A DNA stretch of 64,000 bases from the NCBI GenBank assembly GCA_964199315.1, contig OZ116698.1:24552001-24616000 (forward strand), written 5' to 3'. The stretch is from Orbicella franksi (Eukaryota). A model generated the notes under the pieces. That model was not told the DNA's origin. It made no database searches and was given only the letters and a program-made list of their open reading frames with translations. The position numbers were made by a program, and so were the translations under genes. Positions 25,499-37,000 of the stretch are shown here, piece by piece; positions within the stretch are counted from its first letter, which is position 1, and each line of letters starts with the position of its first letter.

Positions 25499-26290
25499 AT
25501 ATCTACTCAATCGAAAAAAAAAAACACTAAGGAGTAAACGGAGAAAAAAAATCGTCAAAATGTATACTAATTAAGACCGGGTATCCAAACCTCCTTCACG
25601 GTTGGGATTTTCTTTGCTTTAACTTGATGAACTATTAATGAGTTTGACAACTATTTAACCACAACTTTTAAAAGCGTATAAAATATTGCAACGTTTTTGA
25701 CAGATATCCCGCAAACAAAAGCAGCATAACTAGCACAAACTAACACTAAGTGTTGTCGCTGTCTCAGTATTGATTTAATTCTAGTTTTCTCTTCATGTTT
25801 ACAGTCGTTTCGAAGTCGTTACTCGTAGTCTTCTTTTCAAATGTATTTTAATCATTTAGACAAACCCGTCTCTTGGAAAAACTGAGATACTTAGCTCCTA
25901 TAGCCGTTGTTTGGCAATTATAATTGTAATAACAAAGTTTTTAACAAAGGTATTATTTTGACGGGAATGCAAATAAAATAAATTTCTTTGCAGACGTGAA
26001 TCGAAAAAAGAGGGATGTGAGCGGGATATGGTTAAAGAGAGACTTAAGGCGGAAAGTCAGACAAACCACGATAAGAGAGAAAGAGGCGTGTTAAAAAATT
26101 CCTCAACTGAAAACAAAAAGGAATAGCGCGTAATAGCGTAAAAGAAATGAGTGGCGAGGAAGAGGATCTAAGTCCTATTAAAAATAACATTGTCACGACA
26201 CGTCTGTCTCAGGTCAAGAACTTAGTCAGTCCGATCCTTCTCTGGAGCGAAACAGCTTCTGATTCCAACCTTACCGGTACCACGTTGAAG

Positions 26291-26366
26291 TAGCCTCCTA
26301 CGTAGACGTTCTCTGGGCTTGGGCGGGGTGCATGACGAGCCCTATGAACATCTGCATAGGATGCTA
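26291..26366. mobile_element. Short degenerate MITE with TAG..CTA ends
   Basis: tagcctcctacgtagacgttc ... gaacatctgcataggatgcta imperfect TIRs; no clear TSD. Confidence 0.55.
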
Positions 26367-26461
26367 CTGTCGAGGAAGATGTCTAGAAAGTGGGACTATT
26401 CTAAATAGTTCAGCTAAGTTGGTCTCTGCCCTCCTATAAATTACAAATTACTATGATATTT

Positions 26462-26577
26462 AACAATTATTCCACGAACGCGCGCTGGACATGAGATGGT
26501 AGATAGCCAACGAGGTGCGTAGCGCCGAGTTGGCTATAATCATCTCATATCCAACAAGGGCGAGTTGAATAACTGTT
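26462..26577. mobile_element. ~115-bp fold-back interspersed element (aacaattattc...gaataactgtt)
   Basis: Paired arms aacaattattc/gaataactgtt, tggacatgagatg/catctcatatcca and atagccaac/gttggctat around a GC-rich loop. Confidence 0.8.
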
Positions 26578-28081
26578 TTATTAAAAACGCCTCCAAAATG
26601 TAGAAAACTGGAATAAAATAAAAAATAAAAATGCCCCCAAAAATCACGCGTACGCTTACCATATTGTAGAGCATGATATAATGGCTCATAACCCATGATG
26701 GTTAAGCCAATGAAAACTCTCGAAATGCATCATCCAATGACCTTGCTTTTGATAATATTATTTACTACATTTGAATGAGATGTTAGTTCTACTGAACGGA
26801 GAGACTGAGTGCTGTGGCAGCCTTCAGGGATCGAACTGATACTCGACCTTTCCCGGATCTGTCAATGCGAAAACTATAGCAGGCAATGTAACATCACAGG
26901 ACAGATCCATTTATTCAAAACAGATGCGATCAAACGTCAATTTCTTCTCAGGATAATAACCCGTCCAGTTGTCAAGCACATATACATGTACTTACTGAGA
27001 ATAAGGAAAATGGTTAATTGAAATACAATTTTAAAACTACTCGTTGAAAGTTTTTCTTTCTGATATATTCTTGTTAAGTTAACAAAATACATATTTCTTT
27101 CAGTTTTTGGAGACAAATATCGAAGGAACTCAGAGGTATCTTAAATTCACCAAAAAATAAAGTGGCCGCGAACTGGAAACAAAATTTGTCAAATCCTAAA
27201 ATTGTCGGCTTTGCCATTTTTTTGAGGAGTAGTTTGAAGTTATCGAACTCGAACAAGGGTACATTTTACCACAATTGGCGTTACCATGGAAATAGTTTCT
27301 GCCGTCATACGCATCTCATCCTATTTCCTTGGTACTGTTCACTGATGAATGTTTCACAGGTTTTCACCGAACAATTTTATTCAGCATCATTTCACAACTT
27401 GTGATTTTCATTGTGCGTCACTTAAATAAGATGTGGAGGATTGTAGAGTGTTGTTCCAGCCAACAGAAATGTTGTACCCAGCTAGTTTACTTAGCTCATA
27501 TATTGCATAAATGTGATAAATAGGTTCAGAAAAAAAAAACCCTCAGTGTACCACCGAATACTTAACACTCTTGTAAACAATCACATAATAAGTAAAGAGG
27601 ATTGATTGTTTTGTCTATCTGATATTACTCTTTCTAGAAGGAAAATGAAATTTGTACTGCCTCGTCACAACAATTATGTGTTTATGCCTTTTGACTGATC
27701 ACTTCTCGTGACTTGATCGACACTTCATTCATCTCGGCAGGGCACAAATGAATGCGGGATAATTTAATTAATCTTTATTTCTTGTTTGAGCATTTTTTCA
27801 GTTCTATCAATCAAGATATGTAGCTGGGGGAAACAAAAACACAAAAGGCTTTCCAAAGGGTTTTTGTTCGTGAAGGAACGCGCCAAACAAAGGAATGGCA
27901 CAATCAATGACACAAAAGAAACTGATGCTTAACTGTTAATTGGTCGAGGACGGTATTCGACCCGCTGTTAAGGCGCTTAAAAATAACAATCAGTCGAAAT
28001 TAAGGCCATTTTTATGCCAAACTGAGGTTATTTTGTATATGTAAGCTAACCGTTTGAAGGTTCTCTTCCTGTGAAACTATC

Positions 28082-31000
28082 ATGACGCATAGCGGATTGT
28101 TATTCGTTTTGGTCATTGCGGCCTGTCACAAAGTCTTTCGAGGTACGTATACATTGCCATGTTATAAAAGGCGTATTTTGATACTCCTGTTTTGCTAAGT
28201 TGAGATTGTTTACAGTCTAGAGCCGTTAATTAGAAGAATTGTTTTGAACTTCGACTGCTGCTACAGGCCACTTGATTTTGAGTAGCCTGCAGCACATATG
28301 TGAGAGCAAAATGTAAGTGAAAACAGGTTCCAAACAGCATGCACTTCGTTCTCAACAACCAGAGTCTACTCAGCTACTTACCTTCAATTGCAATCGTCTT
28401 GCTACGTACCTTCAATTGCAATGGTCTTACTTGTATTACCCGTTATTGTGACTACTGCAACACAAATACTCATTATCTGACGGGTTGGTAACAAGTTATA
28501 GCAAATTTAAACTTATATCAGGCTTTATTTCAGCCCTGCGGAGTTAATAAGCCAGAACATGTAATGCTGTGGATGCCATATTGTTAATCATAATTTGAGA
28601 AAATTGTCGCATTTTACCTACCGAGTTTCACCACTATGCTGGACGGCACGTAGCGTAAGCACGAAGCGTAGAACATTCCATGATTTTAGACTTTCTGCTA
28701 CCTTTCCAAACAAGCTCAACACAGAAGAACACAAGCTGACCGAGCCATTACACTGTTATCATGTATGTGTCGATGGGTTATTCACTACTGGAAGGAGCCT
28801 ACTTTACCAAAGAATTGTCACAAATTCAGTCACCAACCCGGTAGGCATTCGAGGAATACTGCAAAACCACGACACCACCTCTCAGTTAACTCACAACAAG
28901 CTTACTCGATCAACGGCAATGTGTATTTAGCCACAGTAAGTGAAAGTCATAGCCTTGTTGCAGTAAAAGACCGTCATTGCCATCAAGTTTAATTGAAGTT
29001 TAATGCTTGAAAACAAAACAGACATCAACCAACGCAAGCATTTTGAAGTATGAGCTCTGTTCAGTTTGGAAGTTGTTACGTAGTCGCTTATTATGTACAG
29101 TGTTAACCTTTGCACGAAAAAATAACAGCTCGTCTTTTTTAGAATAATTCCCAAATACACGTATTGATTTCGTTGCCTCCCTGCACAGCTGGAATGGAAA
29201 AGACAGTAGTTTCTTGGTTTTAACAACAATTCAAGTAAAGCCTTTGGCCAAATTTTCAGTATTTACCCTCGGTGACGCAAGTAAACTAATTTAGAAAGTT
29301 AAACATCCTCAAGATCTGTTGTGCCTAATTCTTATTTTGACAAGGTTTAAGATCAATCCTCTTTAAACTTTATAAACAACTGACAATAAACATAGCATTT
29401 AGAATGATAAACAGCGATTTGGTACAATACATATTGATAAGAGGTGTGAATGTATTTACGTTCCCATGCACTCACTTGAAACACGGTTTCTTCTGTTGTC
29501 TCATTTTGAGTATAGTAAATAAAAACGCAACTACAATTTGGCTGTTGAATACTTCAATGTTCTGTGGAGATTAACGAGAGAAAAAGAACACCTTTGTTGA
29601 CTTTGTTATATTGTTTCAAAAGTTTATTAAAAGTTTGCTTTTCAACAAAAGTAAATCACTTATTGTGACTACTCGGATTCTCTCCGTGCACGAACAGGCA
29701 CCAAAACGATTCTAGATTGTTAGCATTAAATCTCTGTTCATTTTATTCGCACGCGTGTCGTTGATATAAGAACTTGACGTTAAGCAACCGCCGTGAGTGA
29801 TGTTTATCAAAATAGTTTTCCTGCTGTTTGCTAGAAAGCTCTGCAGGTAGCCTGCTAACCGCGAACGCCCAAACTTCCAAAAAATGCTACATTTTTCAGT
29901 TCATGCTGCTTTAGTAAGCAACAAACAACAAAAAATAACAACGTAAATAATTAAAATTTTGATTGATTAAGCGTCATTTATAGTATTTGCTGTTGACCTC
30001 TCTGACTTGATATATGTTTTTTTTTTTTCAGTATTGAGACTAAGCTGTGCCCATAACCCATGCAAAGACCATTCATTCTCACCCTGAAGTCCGGTTTCTC
30101 TTCTAGTTTCTGCCTAAAATGACCCATTGCAAAAAAAGCTTAGAGGTGGTGACAAGAGATACTAAGCAAAAAGTAATGCTAAAAAAAAAAAAAAAAAATT
30201 CACGGTGAAGTTTAAGTGTTACACCTAGCCAGAACGTGAATGCAACAGACCAGAGTGTGACGAAAGAAGAACGTGTTGCATTTTGATTGGTTAAACGGTA
30301 TACACGTTGCACGAACGTTTTGGTCCAATTGGAAAGCTTGGCTGAGCAAAGTCATTCAGTCCATAAACGCTGTCGTGCTGAGTTTTAATTCTGTCTTGTA
30401 TGTGTAGGTCAGCCGCATCTTGACTCAGAGCACCGCCTCATGAAGGATCTGTTTGCAAACTACAGCAGAGAAGTGAGACCGGTCATCGACAAAGAACAAC
30501 CAATACCAGTCGATTTTGACATGATGTTCAGCCAACTAGTTGAACTGGTATGTATGGCGGGCAAGCACCTTTTTTATGGACGCGTGGCGCCCCATTTATC
30601 AAAAACCTTTAGCCTATTAGTATATTTTGTGATACTGTATATTTTGTGATTTCATCTATATCCTATTTCAGACCTGTTGTTTTAAAATTTGTTCCCCACC
30701 AAGAGATCATTCTCGTTATCCTATTCATATCTGAAGTGGAACTTGGTCACTTTTGATTAACGATTCAAATAACCTTTTCCTTGCTACTTGTTTTCTCTGG
30801 CGCGTTTGAATGCTTTATGATTTCCTTGAGCTTATCGCTAAAGATGTTTCAACTGAAACACTTAAACAGCAGATGGTGATTCAGGTCGGTGTTTGTTTTC
30901 TGTTGTCTGTATTGTGTAGAACGGACGAAGTCAGATTATGACGAGCAAAGTCTGGATCAGACAGGTAAGATTGAAGACCACGATTCGTTTTTTTTTCTAA

Positions 31001-34000
31001 GACATTGTCTTCTCTCTCTTTCCCGATTTATATTTCACAGGGAAAAACGAAACATTTAGCAAAGTATATCAGTTGTAATGCCTTAGTATAGTAAAGATAA
31101 CGTTAGTGTTCACCTTCTGGACCTAGAGCAATGGACCTTTTCAGCGGTACGGCGGCCATTTTGAATTATTTTGTTTTAAATAGCTATTATGGGATGCTCA
31201 GGAGGCAAACCTTTTTTTCTTTTTAATTTTTTTTTCTTTATTCTTTTTAAATGCTACTTACACTACTTACAATACAATATTAATGTAGTTACTTACACTA
31301 CTTACAAAAAACTTATTACTTACGCCACTTACGATACTAACACTTACTCTATATAATACGCATACTCACGCTACTAACAATACTAATACTTACACTGCTT
31401 ACAATACAACATAATTAGATTACTTGCCCTTCTTACAATTCTAGCACAGCAAGATCATACCAGTTTACTCCTGTCACTAATGTACATTCCGAGTTGCAAA
31501 TTACAGAAAATATGCATGGTATATATATATGCGCCTTGTTTCTTTTCCTTTCATTTTTATTTTCGTTTTCAGGGGACTAGGGTCGAGTTGTCAAGAGATT
31601 ACAAAAGAGGCAACAGAGGCTCCCACTTTTTTAAAACGATTGTAGTTGTATTTTTTTCCATTTCATAGATATGTTTTAAATACAGTAAGAAATCATTTAG
31701 TTTTGGAGAACATTTTTTCTGTCTACATAGCCAAATGTAATATTTAGCATTTAAGCAGCAGAAGTTAATTTGGAGTTTATGTTTAGAGCTATCCGGCCTT
31801 AGGCCCAGTGCTGTATCAGGCTCTAAGGGTGTCTCCTTGGTAATAACTTGGCAAGACTGTAGCCATACTTCAAAATTGTTCCAAAAATATTGAGTTTTTG
31901 GGAAAGCCCAAAATATATGTACAAGTTTCTCTGTTTCTCTTTCGCAGAAAGTGCGTTTCTCGCTATCGACGAGACCAATTTTTTTCAAGAAGTTGTTTGT
32001 TGATATTCTTCTATGAAGAAATTTAAAATTGAAAGTTATAAGTTTTGTGCTCTTTGTACATTGAAAAGCCATTTAGTAAACCTTTTTCCAGTTGAGCTCT
32101 TGTTTTGTTGTGAGAGTGACGTCTTCCTGCCACTTTTGTTGACTTTGATTGGGTGGTTCACTTTTTCCTGATACAAGTTTCTTATATACTAGTCTACTAG
32201 GTTTTCTGCTTTTTAAAAATTTTGACAAGAAACTTTCATGTTTAATAGAGGTTCTGATGTTATGGGGTATATATCTTTGAAGAAGTTTTATTGAAGAAAT
32301 GATTCCAAGAAAGGTTAAAGGTCGGGCTGTCAGGTCATGTATAGTCTGGAAAGCAGTGAGCGAGAGAAACTTTCCGGAGTCATCCATTAAATGTTCTACA
32401 TTTGTTATTCCTTTGAGGAACCATTCTTTAAAAAACGCTGGTCTATTCCCAACTCTTATTAGTGAATTATACCATAAGGGCGATGACCGAAAGTGATAGT
32501 CTGATACAATCTTTTCTTCATAATTGGCTTCTGACCAGATTTCAAGAATTTCTTTGAAAAAAGGATCTGATACTTTAATAATGTTACGACTGTGTTATTT
32601 CACCTCCATATTTTTCAAGTTCTGAGTCAAAAAATCTTTTCCAGCTTCCATTGTTTTCCTTATCTAGATACTTCTTTATCCATGTGGCTTTGAGAGATCT
32701 ATTAAAGGAGGTTACATCAATCATTTTAAGTCCCCCTTCTTAGTAATCATTAATCATTACCTTTCTTTTTATTTTGTCGCCTTTGTCATTCCATAAGAAG
32801 TTGTAAAACATTACATTTATCTCCTTTATTGCTGTATGATTTGTTTGCAGAGGAGAGAAAATATATACCAGTTGTGAAGCTATGAGGCTTTTTAAAACAG
32901 TAATTTTACCTAAAAGGCCAAGTCTGCGAAGTTTCCAGCATCCCAGAATCGATTTAATTTTTTCTATTTTATCTTTGTAATTCAAAGATATAGTTACATC
33001 AGGGTCTGTTGACAACCATACCCCTAACGCTCTGACTTTTTTTTTTGGCCATTTGAAGTCTTTTTCAGGGCAAAGTTTAAAATCCCAATCCGCACTTGCA
33101 CCGATCCACAAAGCTTCTGTCTTTTTGCTGTTAAGTCTGAGGCCGGATATATCACCGAAATAGTCTATTATCTTCAAAGATTCTAGAAAGGATTCTTCGG
33201 AGCCGTCTAAAATAAGGGTCGTGTCATCTGCATATTGGCTAAGTTTAATTTCTTTGTCCTTTACAATTATGCCACGGATTTCTTTTTTTTGGCGAATTGC
33301 ATTGGCGAGTACTTCCACAGAGAGAATGAATAGATACGGTGACAGAGGGCAACCTTGCCTGACTCCCCGGTTGAGCTCAAAGAAATTACTTGCCCATCCA
33401 TTGTTTAAAATACAGCTTTCGCTATTGCAGTAAAATACTTTTAACCAGTTCAGCAGTGATGGGCCGAAACCAAAGTATTGGAAGGTTTTACGAATAAAGG
33501 GCCACTCTAGGGTATCAAAGGCTTTTTCAAAATCAAGAAAAAGGAGCAGTCCCGGCATATTGTTTGCTTTTGAAAATTTGATGACGCTGTCTATTAAACG
33601 AATATTTTCTCCGATGAATCTGTCTCTAATGAAGCCGGTTTGATCGTCAGAAACAAGTTTTGGCAGGAAAGTTTTGATGCGGCTTGCAATAGCTTTTGTT
33701 GCAATTTTGTAATCGCAATTCAAAAGCGTTAAAGGTCGCCAGTTCTTTATTGAATTAAGGTTAGCATCCTTTTTTGGTATGAGCTTAATAATGCCCCTCC
33801 TTTGTGATATTGAGAGCTTTTCAATTTCGTAGGAATAATTAAAAGAGTGTATCAAAATTTCCGCCACGTCATTCCAAAACACTTTGTAGAATTCGCAGGG
33901 GAGACCATCGGTTCCTGAGGATTTATCTGTCACCATACTTTTCAGCGCTTCTAAACATTCATTCTTCCTTAATTCGCCCTCACAGAGAGATTGTTCATCG

Positions 34001-37000
34001 TTATTTAAAACCTTTTTGTTTCCTTGCTGTGGAAAGAAGAAAGCCCCTTCTTGGTTGTCAATAGCTACATTAGAACTGTAAAGATTTTGGTAAAACGATT
34101 CACATTCTTTTAAGATCTCTTTGTCTGTACAAATGAGGTCGTTGTCACTGACTTTGAGCTGGGTTATTGTTCCTTGTTTACAATGTCTCTTTTCCAGATT
34201 GAGAAAGTATTTGGTATTTTTCTCACCTTCATTGTACCATTGAGATTTAGATCTTAAAATTGCTCCTTTTGTCCTGTATTCTATTATTGCCGCCAGTTCG
34301 CGTTTCTTTGTTTCAAGGTCCGACCACACTTGTTCTCGTCGAGTTTCGTCGCCACTAAATTCAGGAAGACGTTTTTCAAGAGTTGCGATTGCTTGTTCTA
34401 TTTCCTCCTCTTTTCTAGCGAGTTTTTTTTTTCTTAGAAGTTCCAGATTTCAAGGACTCCTCTCTCACTTTCAATTTAACCATTTCCCATAGTAAATTAG
34501 GGTTAACAGTATCATCTTGCACGTATTCAACCTTGGTTTGTTTTATGATTGATTTTATCCGATTAACATACTCAATGTCATTTAAAAAAGAGGTGTTAAG
34601 TTTCCAAAAGCCTCGTCCTCTATTGTTAGAATGCAGCGAGATTTGTAATGTAATCATGGAATGATCCGTTTTGTATCCTGGTAATATGTCCGCACTGACG
34701 GTGTTACAAAATGTAGTCTGATTTACTAGGAAAAAGTCGAGCCTACAGTGAACTTCAGGTTTCTTTTGTCGCCACGTGAATCTGGAACTCTCAGGGTTTA
34801 AAACTCTCCATGCATCTATTAAATCCAGGTTTACAGAGAAATCGTTTATCACTTCCAGCGATTTTTTGTGGGATCTGGCAAGACCACCTTTTTTGTCCTT
34901 GTCAACATTCAGTACTAGGTTAAAGTCTCCACCAACAATTATCTCCTCGCATTTAAAGTCGAGTAGCTGATTAAAAACAGAGGTGAAGAAATTCGGATCA
35001 TCTTCGTTTGGAGCGTATATATTTGCTAAGGTTATGTGTTTTCCATTTGTAATCAGGTCACATATTATGAATCGTCCCTTGGGATCGGTGTAAGCTTTCA
35101 AGAGCTGAAAACTGAAATTATTGTTAAAAAGTATGGCTACACCTGCTTTGTTACTAGAACAACAGCTGAATAATGCCTGGTAACCCCATTCAGCTCTCCA
35201 ATCATGTATATTGTCTTCCGTACAATGGGCTTCTTGGATAAAATATACCGACATTTTTTTACATTTGAGCCAGTTGAAAATTTCACGTCTCTTAAACTTG
35301 TCTCCTAGTCCCCGAGTATTAATCGATCCTATTCTGAGATCCATTTTTCTCATATATTTTGTTAAAAATAATTTGATCGAAGGCGCTCAAGTGCATTGCT
35401 GAAATAAACCTTGAAAGTGTAAGCTGGCAAAATAAATCAAAAATACGAATATTTACATATCTACACATAAACACACTTAAAATCAATAATATTAGAAGAC
35501 TGCTGATGGAATACGGTTGCATTCGTTACTTTGTTCGTATTTTTCATTTTAGAGCCGCCTAATATTAGTTCTAGATGTAGCGGAGGCCGAATCTATCAGG
35601 CATAATAATAACAACAACAAAAAATAGAAAACTATGTATGGACACATTATACTTACAGTTCAAGTTCCTTACCCAAAGGCCAAAATTTACCTCGGACGAA
35701 CAGCTTGTCGGGCTGTGCCTTGCTAAATGAAGCCGGGATGTTGTTTCTCTTGGCCTTCTTAAAGGTATCCATTTGTGCCCTCCGCCGCTCCACGATCTCA
35801 AAAGGCAGATCTTGATACATCTTAAAATTGGTTTCTCGCAGTCGGGGACCTAAAGCGAGCAAGCTTTGACAATCCTTGAATCTCAGAAATCTTGCTAGAA
35901 TAGGCCGCGGTTTCCCTTCTTTCTTCTTACCAAGGCGGTGGACTCGTTGGATTTCTACCGAGGCAGCATCAACATAGCCAAGATCCCTTTCGAGGAAAGA
36001 ACGTAGCACCAATTCCGTATCTTCTCTGCTCGCGTCGTCCTCTGGAATGTTTTCGAATTTCAAATTTTCACGCCTAGAGTAGGCTTCAAGATACAGGTGT
36101 TGGTCTTCTACTTCTTTAACTCTGGCTCCAAGCTTAAGGTTCTCCTCCTCCAGGCTTTTTAACTTCGTGTTGGTATTATCTTGCATTTTTTTTAGACTCT
36201 GCGAAGCTTCTTGGCGATCTGCTTCGATTGAATTTAAGCTCTCTTTAATATCATCAACATCGCGTCTTGTGGTGGCGTGACAGCTCTCTAAATTTTGCAC
36301 ACGTCCTTCAAGTTTCAAAAGAGTCGCTTGAAAATCTTTCATTGATTTTTTAATACTGTCCAGTTTGTCTAGCTTCTTTAAAATGTTTTGAAGTGTGTCG
36401 CTAAACTCTTCGGTCATATTCAAGGCCGGTAAACTTACGTCTTCTTCTGTGTCTAGCTCGCTTACTTCATGGACACGAACAGCGTGCTCGCCGCTTTTCA
36501 ATTTTTTGCTTTCTGGAGAAGCGTTCGATATCGAAGATTCGTCTGACGAAGACACTCTAGTTTTCCGTTTGTTCAGTGTTTCCTCCAGAGTTTCGGCCAT
36601 TAAAATCCGCAGAGCAATTGAATTTAAGGCGAGCGGCTTAAGAAAACACGTCTCACTCCGCCATTGCTCCCCAGTCTTCTCCTTTTTTTCGGCGAGCCTA
36701 TCGTTTTGGCTATACAAATAAGATCATTTTGATATCTGATGTTATAAAGAATGGGGACAGTGATCTTTTCAAAAGAATCACAAGTGACACTGGCCATGTA
36801 TTATATGACTTGCTCCCACCCAAACGTAACAGAGCTCTTAGATAAAGGGGCCATGACTTCATACTCGCTAAAGTAAAAACGGAACGATTCAAACGGGCTT
36901 TTGTAAATAGATGTCTTTTTAAATTTATTTCTTAAAATTTTTCTTGTAATACATATGATAGGTTTTTTCTAGTTTAGCTTAGTTTGTTATTGATTGTAAA

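Larger units (their letters stand above)
31220..36680 (-). mobile_element. Full-length (5.46 kb) L1/Tx1-clade non-LTR retrotransposon, antisense in intron 3 of gene 4, decayed
   Basis: ORF1 plus ORF2 (APE endonuclease, RT, C-terminal Cys motif). AATAAA (plus-strand TTTATT 31237-31242) and an A-rich tail at 31220-31249. An identical 10-bp TSD CCTTTTTTTC lies at 31210-31219 and 36681-36690. Confidence 0.92.

Noticed and set aside
28765-28840. ATG-led phase-1 segment ending in a GTAGGC donor
   Set aside because: Not signal-peptide-like (MCRWVIHYWKEP...).
29800-29846. Alternative hydrophobic first exon for gene 4 (MFIKIVFLLFARKLC)
   Set aside because: Its donor is phase 2, whereas exon 2 needs phase 1; 28082-28142 fits instead.
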